Positions 37,906 to 53,100 of a stretch of 64,000 bases of DNA are shown here, in pieces; position 1 is the stretch's first letter, and the number at the start of each line of letters is the position of its first letter. The position numbers and the translations under genes are program-made. The notes beneath the pieces were generated by a model. That model worked only from the letters and a program-made list of their open reading frames with translations. It did no database searches and was not told where the DNA came from. The stretch is from Octopus sinensis (taxonomy: Eukaryota). The DNA lies in NCBI RefSeq assembly GCF_006345805.1, contig NC_042999.1, positions 120,280,001 to 120,344,000 on the forward strand, written 5' to 3'.

Positions 37906-38800
37906 TTACCCTTTTACCCTCTTTGTACAGCTTGTAACACTGGAGATATACTACTGTGTCAGATTTTCCCTACCAGTGAATTAAGGTAACACCCGTTCAT
38001 TTTCGAGCACCAACAGGAGTATTCGAGCGGTTCAAAACAGGGCTGTTTTCACTCATATGAGGTAGCGATTATCAGGTTGTGCAATTACCAGTGTTTTTTT
38101 TTATTGTGAAACCATCACTCGATGTATCATCAGTTAGGACATGGGGAGATTCCAGCCGTTCTTTTCATTATTATTATTATTATCCTCATCACTAATATTA
38201 TCTTAATTTTTTTACTATTTGTCGTTGTTAATACTTCCTCTGATCCAACATGAGCTTTGGCTAAATTATTATTATTTATTGTCTTTGCACACCTTCCAAC
38301 GCTGGAGATGTACTACGGTGCCAGCTGATCACTACCAGTGAACTAAGGTAACATTTGGAGTATTCGAGCGGTTCCAAGCAGTGCTGTCTTCTGCAAGTGC
38401 TCCAACATTATTAAAGCCCCTATTTGTTCCATGTAAATCTCAAGATTTTTACCCACTGTTCCCAGGGCTCCTACAATTATTGGTACTACCACCACCTTTT
38501 ACTACCACATACCTAGTTAGCAACTTCCTTGTCTTTCTGCCTAAGGTGTTTAGTTCGTCTAATGTCCATGCGATTACCCCTGCTCCATATCTAAGGAGGG
38601 AAACTGTCCAGGTGTTGATAGCTTCGATCTTAATCCGTCCATTAATTTCGACTCAAGGATCAGTTTCAGTCTGCGCAAGTACTCCATCTTAAATTTTTCT
38701 GTCATTTCTTTCTCCATCAATTTATCCATTTCCAAAATCTCCAAGTACTTATAACCCGATTCTTCTATCTGTATCTGCTTCACAACCTCCTCCGACGGTA
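37905..38800 (-). mobile_element. Internally deleted R4/Dong-like LINE (38280-38800) plus a related 3'-end copy (37905-38150)
   Basis: ESGYKYLEILE...EYLRRLKLILESKL, joined to VVVPIIVGALG; shared 3' UTR (ctggagat...ctaccagtgaa...ggagtattcgagcggttc). Confidence 0.75.
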
Positions 38801-38849
38801 TTATTATATTGTTGTTGTTGTTGTTCGTCTTCTTCTTCTTCTTCTTCTT

Positions 38850-38968
<119 letters not shown>

Positions 38969-40440
38969 CATTGTTCAGTAGTTTTATTTTTATAGCGTGC
39001 TTTCACTTCACTACCGAGCGCAGCTGTGTGCCTTAGGTATGTGCTGTGATTTGTTGTGATGCTCTGATGGTTATTGTATGGAAAGTGTTCTGCGTAGGAT
39101 GTGTGCAGTGCCTAGTAGTGCAATTTTCTGTATGCTATATGTGTTTTTAAGTCCTGGTGTTTTTGTTATGTATTTGTCTGAATATTTTTTTATCATGCCT
39201 AATGCACCTACTAAGATAGGAATTGTTTCTGTTTTTAGATTCCACATTCTAGTTACCTCTATTCCCAGGTCTTTGTATTTTGAAAGTTTCTCCATTTCTT
39301 TTCGAGACACGTTGTCATCTGCCGGTATTGATACATCAATTAGAAAGCATTTTTTTTCTTCATGATTTCTGACAACTATATCTGGTCTGTTGGCCTTAAT
39401 TTCTCTATCTGTGTGTATCGGCATATCCCAGAGTATGGTTCCTTTCTCGTTTTCTGGGACCGTTTCTGGTGTGTGCCTATGCCATCTTTTTTCTGTTGTT
39501 ATTCCATAATGTTGGCATAGCTTCCAGTGTATGTGGGTTCCAACTCTGTCATGTCTGTGAATATATTCCTTCTTAGCCAGGAATGGGCAGCCAGAGATAA
39601 TATGATTTATTGTTTCTTGTCCATCTCCACATATTCTGCAGTTACTTGTTATATTTCTTTTCATTACATGTTTTTGGTAATTTCTGGTGGGGAGGCTTTG
39701 GTCGTGTACAACAATTAAAAATCCCCCTGTCTCTGCTTTGAGTTCTGAGCTTCTCAACCTTCGCTGGGATTTTTCTTTGTCTATTTCTTTTGCGTTTCGT
39801 TTAGTCCAGTATTTACCATGAAGGGGCTTTTCTTGCCATCGTTTTATCATGGTTCGTTGCTGTTCTATTTTTAGTTTGGATTTCATTTGTTTTATAGCTT
39901 TTGTTGTTTCTTCATCTTCTTCTTCTTGTTCTTCATATTTATTAGGTGGTATGATTTCTTGTTTGTATTTGTCAGCTTCCTTAAATACTGAGAACAGTTT
40001 TTTTGTTTTGCTCGTGTTTTGCCGCTATTTGTATCAGTTTTCCTTCCTTCTGAAGTAGATATTTTTGCAGTCCTATGGTGGTTATTTTATAGTAGTTTTC
40101 CAGCTGTATAAGGCCTCTACCACCTTCTATACGTTGTATATATAGTCTTTCTATGTCAGATTTTGGGTGATGCATTCCAGATCCTGTCATTATTTTTCTT
40201 ATTTTCCTATCTATTTTGGTCAGTTCATTTAGTGTCCAGTTAAGGATATTGTAGCTGTAACTTATAACTGGGACAGCTAAAGTGTTAATACCTATTATCT
40301 TGTTTTTAGCATTTAGCTCTGTTTTCAGTATTGATCTAACTCGTCTATAATATTCTTTTTTATTTTCTCTTTCATTTGTGTGTGTTGTGTCTTATCTAGT
40401 TCATGGATTCCTAAGTATTTGTAAGTTTGGCTTTGGTCTA
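38969..40440 (-). mobile_element. 5'-truncated R4/Dong-like RLE LINE inserted in (TAA)n
   Basis: QTYKYLG, ERLYIQRIEGGRGL, zinc knuckle and RLE; (ATT)n on both sides, consistent with known Dong TAA targeting. Confidence 0.9.
39071..39886 (-). CDS. LINE C-terminal CCHC zinc knuckle plus restriction-like endonuclease (fragment)
   Basis: CRICGDGQETINHIISGC, RHD, NRPDIVV...LIDVSIP...EKLSKY. Confidence 0.88.
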   Translation of the reverse strand: MKSKLKIEQQRTMIKRWQEKPLHGKYWTKRNAKEIDKEKSQRRLRSSELKAETGGFLIVVHDQSLPTRNYQKHVMKRNITSNCRICGDGQETINHIISGCPFLAKKEYIHRHDRVGTHIHWKLCQHYGITTEKRWHRHTPETVPENEKGTILWDMPIHTDREIKANRPDIVVRNHEEKKCFLIDVSIPADDNVSRKEMEKLSKYKDLGIEVTRMWNLKTETIPILVGALGMIKKYSDKYITKTPGLKNTYSIQKIALLGTAHILRRTLSIQ

Positions 40441-40578
<138 letters not shown>

Positions 40579-40970
40579 TCCATTTGTTAAAAAAAGTTAT
40601 TATATATTGCTTAGTCTCAACTTTTGTCTTGAACTTGAGATAATAATATATATGTGAGGGTTGAAAGGAATAGTAGGTGGAAGAGATGCAGCTTGGTGAA
40701 TAGACCAAATTTAACAGGTCTGTTGAAATATTCGACAGATGGTGAGGGGATCATTAATGGGCATTCCTGTACTGTAAGGAGACAAAAGAGGCCTCACACC
40801 CTTGGGGTCAGCAAAGGTCAAATGTGTTTACTCCTACTAGCGATCAATAAGAGTGCTGACTTTGGCCTTGAAAAGAACCAATTCATCTTGTTCTATTTTT
40901 GATTACTGATAGAAAAATATTATTATTATTGTTGTTGTTGCTGTTATTATTATTATTATTATTATTATTA

Positions 40971-41021
<51 letters not shown>

Positions 41022-41048
41022 GTAGTAGTAGTAGTAGTAGTAGTAGTA

Positions 41049-41082
<34 letters not shown>

Positions 41083-42511
41083 TGTTGTTGTTGTTGTTCC
41101 AGCAGCAGCAACAGCAGCTTGATTGTTCTGATTCTGTCAGTTGGCAACGTTAGACTAAAAGTCTAGCAAAATTTTTTCCGTCTAATTACTTTCAGATTTC
41201 CAATTCTGTTGGGATCTACTTTATGTTTTTTTCCATTCTTGATCGATAAAAAGGATCATGCATTCTAATGTGTTTATCGAAAAAATTTTGTGTAGCATTT
41301 CTATATATTTGTCCTATTCAATTTTCTGACACCATAACGTGCGAAGAAAACTACTCTTCTTCATAGAATTTACCTAATTACTCGAATTAAGCTTGGACTT
41401 TAGTACACGCTTAATATTTTTCACATACAGTTTTATTTTTCCTTCATTTCCTCATACATAATGACATGGAAATCTTAGGATGGTGTTTCGATATGATTAT
41501 CTCATTAAAATGAAAGAATCTTATAGGTAAAAACAGATTTTAGAAAATACTCGTCCTCAAGTTAGAATTGCATATTTTGATTTATCAAATTCGATTTCAA
41601 TATCGCACGGTAAAATGGTAACACAACTTTACTATTTAAAGAAATAAATTAATCTCTTTTCCTTTTCCTTTTTTTTTTAGATACTTCAATATCTTACATC
41701 CCTTCGTTTCTGATGTCCATATTGATATTCCAAATTTAATTCTCTTTTCAATGCAACGCACATTTGCTAATTTACCAATTTAATGTATCTAGCAATCGCT
41801 TTTTCTGAGTTTGAAAATATCATTATGTTATGCATTAAGAACAGATAATTTAGAGATACATTTCTACCTACCTTGTGGCCCATGTTGCTTTCTCTAAATA
41901 TCACTGTACAGTATAGATACAAAAAGCGTTTCTTTGTTTTTTTTTCTTTTGTCTTTTCTTTAAAGTAACCTAAACCTTTAACACGGGTATTTGACAAAAA
42001 TTACTTTTATACGAATATGAGTTGCTTCAAGGACGAAACACTTTTGTATACTTCACATATGAGTATTCATATGTTATCAAATCATAATTCAGGGTCCTAT
42101 TTTTCCTGCGACAGATGTATTCAAATAGACAAAAGTGTTTATTTCTAAGCCATTTCAGAAATATGCGAAAAGAAAGAAATGGCGTATAAGTTCAGTTCTA
42201 AATTTACAGTAGCAATTTTCACGTCTCTCTCACATTAGCTGGAGTCAATCTGAATGATATATGGAATATAATTTTGTTCATCCTACTTAAAAATAAGTTA
42301 AGGAAGAGGAGGTAACGTGCACTTGTATAGCACAAGGCTACCTATTGGCTAGTTCCCCAATTTATAAGTCCAAGGCACGTGTCAATGTGAAAACATTTTC
42401 AATAACGTTGACCAACACTAATTGTAGCTAGTAACTCAACATTAGAAGCCGGTAAATATTTACATAAATTTAAATGATATGTATTAATCATAGAGTGTCT
42501 CTGTTGCTATA

Positions 42512-43716
42512 TCAGGTCATCCCATAAGTTCTGTCTGAATTGTGAATAAGGAAAACAAGTGATCAGATGTTATATTTAACTGAAATTTAATCCTCAATGT
42601 AAAACTCTTTTGGTTTCAAAGCGAAGTAATCTGAAATGTCAATTTCGACCTCCTCCTGGCTTGCGAAAGTTATGTCCCCCTAATGATTCTTTAAACTACG
42701 AAACAAATGGTAGACTGAAGGAGCAAGGTCGGGAGAATAAGGCGGATGACGAATCTTTCCCAACAAAGCTCTTCGATCTTCTGTGATGTGATCTTTGAGG
42801 TGTGGGGTCGCGCATTGTCCTAATGAAACATCACTCCTTTTCGATTCACTAAAGCGGGTCTTTCTTTCAAGAAAGCTTGGTTCAAACGCTCTAATTGCTG
42901 ACAGTAGACTTGAGCATTGATTTTTGCATTAGACGGTAACAATTGAAAGTGAATGACTCCTTTGCAATCCCACCAGATAGAGAAAAGAATCTTTTTCTTA
43001 TGAAGTTCTCTTCTCGGTTGTGGTTGAGATTTTCCCCTTTTACCAATCGACTGTTTACGACGTTTAACATTTTGATAGACGATCCATTTTTCGTCACCAG
43101 TCGCAAGTCTATCCAAAAAGGGTGAAATGAGTTCGCTAGAAAGGAGAGAAGAGCAGATGTCAACTCGTGATTTGCGGTTGCTTTCGGACAATTCATGAGG
43201 CACCCACTTTTCAAGTTTAGGAACATTTCCAAGTTGTTGAAGATGGCTTAAACGAAGCTTCATTGCCAATTCTTCGACTGACAATGCAGGATTTTCTTCA
43301 AGTAATACCCCAAGGAGCTTATCATCAAACTCAACTGGACGTCCTGTTCGATCTTCATCTTCAAGGCTGAAAACTCCACTTCTGAATTCTGCAAACCATC
43401 TTCTGCAGGTTCTTAAATTCAAGTATTCTTTCCCATAAATTGAGTGTATGTTTCGAGTCGCTTCGTCTGCAGAGTTTCCTTTTATGTACTCATAAAGCAT
43501 TACGTACCTCAAATACTCTTTGGATACTTCCATGTTAGAAAGGGTTTTAATCAAAGAAATTTTAATTCTATTATTCTGTAAAATAGTATTTAATAACTTT
43601 AAATGTACGCAAATGCATAAAAATAATATTTAATTCCATTAGACATTTAAAATACTATTAAATTTCATTCAGGTTTTAAAAAGGTAAAATCGGACAGAAC
43701 TTATGGGATGACCTGA
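42512..43716 (-). mobile_element. Mariner (DD34D) transposon, near full length, TA TSD
   Basis: TIRs tcaggtcatcccataagttctgtc at both ends, flanked by TA at 42510-42511 and 43717-43718. Confidence 0.93.
42560..43533 (-). pseudogene. Mariner transposase pseudogene
   Basis: WVPHEL, TGDEKW, H*DNARPH, frameshift, HPPYSPDLAPSVYHLF (third catalytic D changed to V). Confidence 0.9.
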
Positions 43717-46054
43717 TAAAATATTTAATGATTGTAGAAAATCACGTAGCAGTTCTAAACGGGTGTGCTGAGAAATGTTTTAAGCATAGCAACACACAGC
43801 AGGGAGTCCACATGCCACAGATGTGGGAATACGAATAATTTAAGTGTCTGACTAGAAGAACTAGAGAATCTAAGAGGAAAGGAACCACACAAACTGCAAT
43901 ATCAATAGCCGCGCCAGAGAGATGTCGCACTCAGGATACAACTTGTCTCATATCTTGAAACAGTGGAGAATGTTGAATTCTCTTATCTCTCAAAAGCCGA
44001 CAAAAGTGTCTACAAGGGAATCGCTGAAGAAGCAGTTGAGGATGCACTCCTCGATGTCATAAACAACACAGGCATTCTCTGATGATGATGCGCATATCGA
44101 AAGTTGCTATATACTGTGAGAGAGAGGACATTTATAGAACGAACAATTGCAAGAAATAACACTAAACAAGATTGACAGCAAGCCAGCTTTATGAGACGGA
44201 ACCAATTTATTCCACCCCATTACATTGGCGATCATATTTTTTTTTTGGGGGGGGGGGCATATTAAACTGGTTCCTGGCATAAATAACTATGGAATCATTA
44301 CGTAACGAATGTATTACAAAAGTCCAACATTACGGTCTCTGATTACGTGGGCACCCAAAAGAAAGGATTGTAATGAAAATCAGCGTAGACTATTACGGAG
44401 AACTAAACATTACATCAAGTCGCTAGAGCGTTCCTTGACTGCTTCAACCATTTCGTCTCAATGAATTTCGGTCTGTACAACTGCATGAAAAAGACTGCAG
44501 ATGGAGTGCCTCAATCTAATTTAAATGGAAGTTTACGACCTGCGTTTAAGTAGAATGGGCATTTTATATCTGACGTTGTTTCAATCGAATTGTTTATAAA
44601 TTATGTAATGTGTTTAAGAGTTTTGTGAAAATATTATGCGATTTCAGAATCTTAAGTAACTTCTGACATGTAAGATGCGTTTACTTCTTCAGAAATTCTG
44701 CTTTAATAATTTTGTTCGTATTTCAAAAAACATTTTCAATACTTTTCTAACTCGTTTATTGCACGAATCTATGGAATCTAGCGGCAAAAAGAAACAAATT
44801 ATCATTATTGTTATTGTTTGTGTTAGTAAAAAAAAAATAAATGAAATATTAAATTTCTTTTCAATGTTTACTCGTTTAAATGTATCCGGAAACGCCTTCA
44901 CGTACACTAAATTTGTACTTAGCAACACAGACTACAAACAGAAAAAAACAACATTTAATTAAGCAAGCAGACACATACATTTCGTCAAATGAAAATATTA
45001 ATGTAACTTGTTATTTTCTCCAAAAATATAAAAGGAATAATAACACTTTCACTTTGTTCCTAACAAATGAGAAGAACAAGTTTTAGTAGAGAAAACAAGT
45101 CATTAGCTTCTGTTATCAACAATACAGAGAGTTTTAAATAGAATTTGAACGGAGAAGAAAAGGTCTCAGCGCAAATATGTGAAAAAAGAAGATACCTCCT
45201 TACATAGGAGTTGTTTCCAAGTGCTGGATGGAAGATAGTAAGGTGTCTTTGTTTTGAAAACAAGGGATATTGTTTCCATCTTCCCTCAGTAGACCATTTC
45301 AAGTAAGCCATATTTGCATGTAAGATGTTTCTATCGATTGGAGAATAGCTTATGAGAGGCAAGCGCTGTTTTTCAAGAGAGGAAGCGATGTATCAAATAC
45401 ATGCCGGTAGAATCATTGCGCAATATGGTGAACAAAGGCTTAAATTGTCAGGGTCTGTTGAAAAAGTCAAGACTAACGGGCAAAAAAGTTTTAAAATCCT
45501 CCTACGTTAAGTTTGCATTTGTTTACAAATTTTTACCACATCCCTCATTCAATATGTCTAAGAAATACGACTATCATACAGACAAAATATAATTACAAAA
45601 ACAGAACTCAGGCAGTACAAGACAGAATTACATCACAGAATTCTAGTTTATAACACAACGACATAAAAATGAGCACTGAATACAGAACTAAATTATTTCA
45701 GACAAATTAATTAAAGCTTTTGGCAACAGCAGCAGCAACACAAACTCTAATACAGAGATATTAGTGGGCACTCCAGATATGACTAACTGAACAGGTACTG
45801 AAAGAGTGAACTTTGCTTCTATAACTACAAATACACAATTTTATATTAAAGTAGAAAGTGTAATTAACAGAGAGCGTTGTGTTAAGCGAGAAAAGTTCTA
45901 ATCTAAGAGAGGGCTGAAGATTAACTGACACATATGTGCCTTAAAACGATAGTACAGCAGAAGACATGATAATGATAATAGTCAACAACACTTTCAAGGA
46001 AATAAAAGGTTGATTTACTACTCTGAAAGATTTGATCATAAACCAGTTAAAATA

Positions 46055-46952
46055 CGAGGTAGTATCGAAACGTTTCCGGATGCTTGATAAAAAAAATCCT
46101 ATTTACCTCAGTTTTAACATCGTCCCCTTCGAAATATCCACCTTACGCAGCAATATTCTGGTCCCAGCGTTCCTGCCACTTTTGTAATCCGGCCTGAGAG
46201 TCGTTTTTTCCGTAAGCGAGTCGAGGAACTTCTACGATTCGCTCTTGATTTCGACAACGGTGCTAAAGAGATGACCTTCGTGCTGCATTTGCATCTTGGA
46301 GAAGATATGGAAGCACACAGGTATAAATCTGGCGAATAGGGCGGCTGCGGAAGCGATACCATGTTGTTTTTAGTTAGAAACTCATGAGTGAGGAGAGCTC
46401 GATTACAGGGTGCTTTGTCGCAGTGAAGAACCCAATTCTTCGTGCTCCAGGGATGCTGTCGCTTTCGCCGAATGTCCTCCCTCAAACAGTTCAAAACGTC
46501 GCAATAGAACTTCCGATTGACAGTCTGGCCCTGCGGAATGAATTCTCGATGCACAATACTGCAGATATCGAAGAAAATTATGTGAATGCTCTTGATTGAG
46601 CTACAGATCTGTCGTCCTCTTTTGAAGCTGCCGTGTCACTCGAAACATTGCATACGACCCATTGCCTTGTCACCGTAAGCTTACTGAAGTATATGCCTAA
46701 TGTCTTTGTAGGAGATTTTCCAAGTTTAACGCATAATTTCACGTTGGCTCTTTGTTCCAAATTCCAATCCATATACACATACATGTGATCACATAACAAA
46801 TCATATTTCCCAACTTGCGAAGTAACGCAGCAATCTCACTCGGCACACTGCCTCATTAAGGTCACTGCTAGCTCTCACTGTGCACGAAGCCGTGTGCTGC
46901 AATTTGTTGGCACGCTACCTAGCTAGTCCTGGAACTTTTTGATACAACCTCC
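46055..46952 (-). mobile_element. Internally deleted mariner transposon, TA TSD
   Basis: Diverged TIRs (cgaggtagtatcgaaacgtttccgga vs reverse complement ggaggttgtatcaaaaagttccagga); EQRANVKLCVKLGKS, HREFIPQGQTVN, WVLHCDKAP, QPPYSPDL. Confidence 0.85.
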
Positions 46953-48924
46953 TATGATAAAAATCGATCAAGCAACAGCAAAATAAGCAAAAGAATTATG
47001 GGAGGGATTACGGACAGTAAAGAATGTGTCAAGATGATAGTGTTCCAACACCCAAACCTCATTATGGGAACAAACGACTGAGATCAAGAGTAATCACAAC
47101 ACGTCTTAAAACGAACAACATAAATGCACCAGAGCATAATGATATCCATAACTTTTGAGTTAGATATAGATCCAGCAAAATACTGAGAAATATTTTAATA
47201 ACATCCAAAAATGATTAAAAAAATATATACCAGACTGATAAATTGATATGGAAACTATCTTATTTCCGAAGAAGAAACAAGCACTAAACACTACTCACGC
47301 ATAACTCGCCTATTTGGAGTTTGAAAAACGCTAACCTGAATAATATAGCGGAGGGTGATAAGCATCTTGTTCGAAAAGTGTTTTCAAGAAAGCAGAAATG
47401 ACCTTGTTATGTCGGGTGTAGATTTTAAATCTTAACTACGTATTCAAATATTTACCCGATAAATGTGAAAAGGATTACAGATTATTTGTGAAAGTGTTTT
47501 CCATATGAATCCTGAATACATTAATCATGTATTAAGTAGTACCATTCATAAGCAGGTGATTGAAACAAGTGTAATAAAAACATGTGTAATAAAATTTTAC
47601 AGAGAGACGGAAGGGATTGTAAAAAAAATAAACATTTGTCAATGAAACGATGGTTATTTCATGAAGTTCGTGTGAATTTTGAAGAATTTACTACTTTTAA
47701 GGGAATTTACTACCTTTAAAGGATTATTCTGCATACAGGAATGAGATCATAAAAACACCAGAACAGCTCAGGTGCTGCATAAAACGAACAACTGGAAGTT
47801 ATTATAACATGATCAAATCCGAAATTTGTAGTTCAGATATTAACCGAAGCACGAGCAATATATAGACTGATTTGAAAGCTTTCCCGCAAACTAAAGAAAA
47901 AGGTAGTTCGAGGTAACGCTCAATCGATACAAAAGCTGTGAGGGATAATAATTCATCGTTCTAATATGGACAATCTCAAGTTATATATTGCAAGTGTGTT
48001 AAAACAATACAAACTTGAAAATAATTAATAATCAATGCATATGAGTACACATAACACTTATGGAAAGGAGTATTATAGACGCATTAGATTAATACTCAAG
48101 AAATCAAATTTATTTTCTCTCTTCACTCTTGAGGGAAACCAACAAATAAATGTAAAATCAAACATTTGAATTAAGAGTTGTGAGGAAGAACAGCAACAGC
48201 CATTTTGAAAAAATTGAAATATCATGCTATCAATGAATGAAAAAATCGTCTATATGAGCATTACCTGGAAAATACGGAATAGCGTAAAAGCTGAAGTACA
48301 AAAGCTGTAGTTCTGACACATAATTGCAAATTTTGTACTCTGCTTCTTCCGTTATTAGTACTACTGAATAATTTTCAGTGATGAAACAAAATTAAACCGG
48401 TTATACCAGAATGCACCACAATCATATAGTGAACGGTATTTCGTTAAATGAATGCCCAATATGTAGAGATTCAACAGAAACAAGTTTTTGGCAAAATGGA
48501 ATTCATCTAAAGGCTCACAGTATTTTGTGTGTTTTTTTAACACAGGAAATTATTATATAGCATTAAATATAAACAGAATCGCGGTGGAATAAGCAGGCAG
48601 TAGAATGGTTCCTAGAGAAAGAGATGCTATTATCCTGTAATATGACAATCCCGAGTTAAAGCTCATATCCCGAATATTTTTTCAAGGATCAAGTGGAAAA
48701 AAATTCTTGCAAATTAAGTGTCTAGGCGTGTTGACTTAGTAACGTGTTGATTTCGATGCGGTTTATTGAAAAACAATACCCTTGAAGGCCATTTGACCTT
48801 TTAGCCCTATTTGTTGTTCAAAACTGTTGTTCAAATTTAAACATTAAGTGTTGTTCAAAATTTATCATTTCGTATAATTTTCATACCTCTAGAAATTTGT
48901 TCCGTACTATTTGCCCCTCCCCAA

Positions 48925-49097
48925 CCATCGCTTGACCACCGATTTTGGTGTGTTTACATCCTCGTAACTTTGCGGTTCGACAATAGAGACCGATAGAATA
49001 AGTACTACGCTTACAAAGAATAAGTCCTGGGGTCGATTTGTCTGACTAAGGGCGATGCTTCAACATGGCCGTTGTCAAATGACTGAAACAAGTAAAA
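48925..49097 (+). mobile_element. SINE family A, 3' tail
   Basis: Reverse complement of the 11406-11570 type sequence. Confidence 0.8.
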
Positions 49098-50097
49098 ATA
49101 ATATACGTATATACATACACACACATACGTGATATATATATATATGTGTGTGTGTGAGTGTGTATTTGTATATACATATATGCGTGTGTGCATATGTGTA
49201 TTTGTATGTATGTGTGTTTAAGTAGATTGCTAGATAGTTAAATAAACAGAGGGACAGACACTCAAAGACAGACAGATGATAGGTAGTTATACGCGGTACG
49301 TAGATTCATTGATATATTGATGCATACTCACAAATATGTATTTGTTATTATATTCATTATTTCGATTAAGATGAACACGTTTCTTTTATATCTTCATCAT
49401 ACTTATGTACTCTGAAATATTTGCCATCCTCTCTGTATGTGGACGTTATTGTATCTCCAACTACAAGTCCGTAGGTTAAAACATAAAATTGTAACATGTA
49501 GTAAACTACATTCCGTAGAAAAATCTACCAGCATTAAACACACTGATTCTAAATTTAATATGAATTATTTGGGGCTGGTGTTGAACAAAATGTATTTTTC
49601 GAAGCCTATCGAACATTTTTCCTTATACACAACGTTTTTTATTTACCTAAGTGAATGGTGGATTTCGAACCATAAAAGAACTCCTATACATAATAATCTA
49701 AATCTCTCAAATCACATCGAAAATTAAAATGAAGACCACGTTGTATAATGTTGTATTCGAAATACAGAAAACGTATGTCTGTCAAAAGTAGAGCGTCTTT
49801 TCCTCTAGGTCTGTCCGATCACAGCTAAACAGAGGATCATTATCGACGACAATAACAACAACATCAAGTCAAGTGAAATTATTGTTCCCGAGATAATCAG
49901 AGTTTTGATGCTTCTAATTCCAAGATCCAGTGCTTGAGGGTTGTGTAAATGAAGATTGAAGAAAATTCCTATAACAGATATACGATGGATTCTTTGTGTG
50001 AGTGAGTGTGTGCACGCGCGTGTTTGTGTGAGTGTGTGTTATGTGTGAGTCTGTATGCGCGTATATGTGTATGTATGTTTATATGTGTACTAAAGGC

Positions 50098-50158
<61 letters not shown>

Positions 50159-53100
50159 TATATATATTTTCAGAAGTATCTTGTCGATATTTATTATACA
50201 TCTCCCTCTGATAACCTGGACAGTGTACAATGGAAGTTTCATACCGTAATTGGCTCTTCGACCTCTGAGATTAGGTCACACCAGATCTTTTGTTTTATTT
50301 TTGCTTATTGAGAATGGAGTTTAAACACATTGGCAGATATTCCAGTAGATAAATTAGGAAATCCTATCCCAATAAGGCCAGTGTCCACCTGCTAAATTGT
50401 CAAGTGATATTTAGACAAGGTGTAGAAATAGTAGTTAACGTATGTATGTGTGTTGATTAGTTCTGAGTGTTATCGATGTATAAGGCTTCTTCTCGATAGC
50501 TTGCACATTTGTTCTTTTTCCATCTGTCTTAAAGTCCTGAGCTGCTGAATGGTTACAAAGGCAGAAACGACTTCCATCATAATTATTATTGCTGTTTTAA
50601 TTGTAGCATCTATTTATTTATAGTGGTGTTACTATTTTTACTACTTCTATTAAATATTTATATTTATCGATGTGTTTTACCTCATATTTTGTCTTGTACT
50701 ATAACTTTGCATCAGAATTTGCTTTTAGAATTTTGAAATAAATCTAGAAAATAGTAAAAGCTTCTTTTATTCCACTCCTGTTTTGCTGCAAAAGGCAATC
50801 GGATACATAACATTATGATATAACTTTTAACTTCCTTGCTTAATGATACATTTGAAAAGTGCGTTACAAAGGGTTAAGTTATTTGATACTTTCTTGATCA
50901 TAGTCTATATCGACAAAATTTACACATATTTTCTTTAATAATATTATGCTAAAGGAGGATCTCACATTAGAGTTGTATTCATTCACCTTCCTCATGAAAA
51001 GGAGGCTGATATTGCTTTATTCCCTATACTAAAGGTAACTATGAGATATTTATTTACGTCTATTTATATCTCACCTCTAATATCACAAAGTATGGAGTGG
51101 AACATAAATGGATCCACAAAGAATTGTTCTTCCCAAACCAGCCTAGATGTAACAACACTTAAGAACTCCTAACTGTACATCAGGTGACTTTTGTTTTCAT
51201 AGTTTCTGAAATATCGCAAATGTATCTGTAGGTATTAATATTAGAACTTTCTAAAATATACTTAAGACTTGTTTTCACGAACAATATGCTTAATGGAACT
51301 GTTGCAAAACAAAACAAAGAAGGATGGAGAGAATCGCTTCAGAATATTACATTTAGTAGTGTATATTGTCTCCACCTTGACTTTGCTCTCTTATTCTCAT
51401 AAATTCTACATTTACTCGCATATATAGATGTTTATTGATAATATTTGTTATAGGATCAGAAAGCTGTGGATATAGTCAGAAGCATTTTATCGTGGTCATT
51501 GAATGCTGATTTTTATCGTTTTCTCTCGAGAATCTTTCAAAAGGGCTTTGTTGCACTATTTTGTCGATATTTGTATTAATCCATTTCTGTATGGATGGTT
51601 AAAATAGCGGTTATTTAGAAACGTAGCCAATGTTTTGCAAAAGCTGGATAAAATCTTATTGATCTAACCGTTTATGCTTATCATTTTCTTCAAACCGGGG
51701 TTCTTAGTGTCATAGATTCAATTGTTTTGTTTTTCTATATAATTGTTATATTTTTGGTTTTCTCCATGTAAATATTCTGGAAATTGTGACTGCGTTTTAG
51801 GGAGTTTAATCAGAAGCTATGCATTATATCACCGTGTAAGAATTCACGTTTATTTTTATTTCCTTTTAATCTATTGTTTTCCCCGTCTTTCTCGTTGAGC
51901 GTATTATAAACTTTTATAGATGTTGTCTATCCATTTCGTGGAATATTTGAATCGTTCTCTGCCTGTTATATTTATCCAAATATATGTACGATACCTATTG
52001 TTGCTGAATGCATCAAAATATTTACATTCTCGCCACTTATTCATGAAAACGTACTACATATTTATTCAACATCATGCATATAATATTTTAAAACATATTC
52101 GCGACTTCTGATGCTATGTTATTTATATTTTCTACACTTTTAACATATTACTTTCAAGTAGTGAATTTATACCTTCTTAGTATTATCTTTTTCAGATGGA
52201 GCTTTTTTTTATTGTTTGTTCATAACAAGATGCACTGAGTAATGACTTTCTTTAAAAAGACTGAAAACTTAACATTTATATCTCTAATACACTCGGCATC
52301 AAAATAAAGCGATCATATAATACTTGAACCAAGAGATAATTTTCCACCACGTGAGGCCTTTTTAACTCTACGTGTATATTTGTGTATTTAATCCCTCATA
52401 CTGATAACACTATCTTGCGAATCTATAGAAGATTGCCATGAATATATGGTTTATAAATTTCAATAAATGGTGCACAGAGAATTATTTAGTATCCTATTAA
52501 ATAAACAGTTAAATCTGATTAGACAAGGCTTTGTTACTTATCGAAATAATAGAACATTGTTGGCTAAAAATGTCTGGACATTAACAGCGAGTTGAAATTG
52601 AATTAAAAACTTAATAATACAGGATGAAGGAAGAATAGCAAAAACTGGAACAATATCTTTGGATTTCGTCCACGAAGAACATTCTAATCTCACCAAATAA
52701 ACAATATTTAAACGAAAGATTTTATACGCAGAATGAAATGGCGTGCTAATCTTTTTTTACGCAGGTCTTTATCAGAACCATTCTGACTGCAAATATGGAC
52801 TTAAATCTAGAAAATTTCCTTCAGCGATTAAGGACCTATAATTTTGAAAAAGATCATATTTAACTGATAAAAATATATATAAAACAGCGCAGTGAACAGC
52901 AGCTGCCAATGATCTCTCAAAGAAAGCTTAAAGTTTTGCGATGTTACGATAAAATACTCATCTCAACTGACAAGATTTAAGAATTTGTACATTCTTGACA
53001 AGATACTTTGTAAAAGACTCCTGTAAAAGCAATTGTTTAGATATCACATTTAGATCTAATATTCACCAGTTTGATACATTATCGCAAGCCTTATGGAATT

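Noticed and set aside
44075-44110. ctgatgatgatgcgcatatcgaaag as a hammerhead
   Set aside because: Stems I and III do not pair; possibly an old PLE tail but not supportable.
44800-48500. A-rich plus-strand tract that looks like a large decayed exon
   Set aside because: Stops occur in all frames and I recognise no motif; it cannot be distinguished from background.
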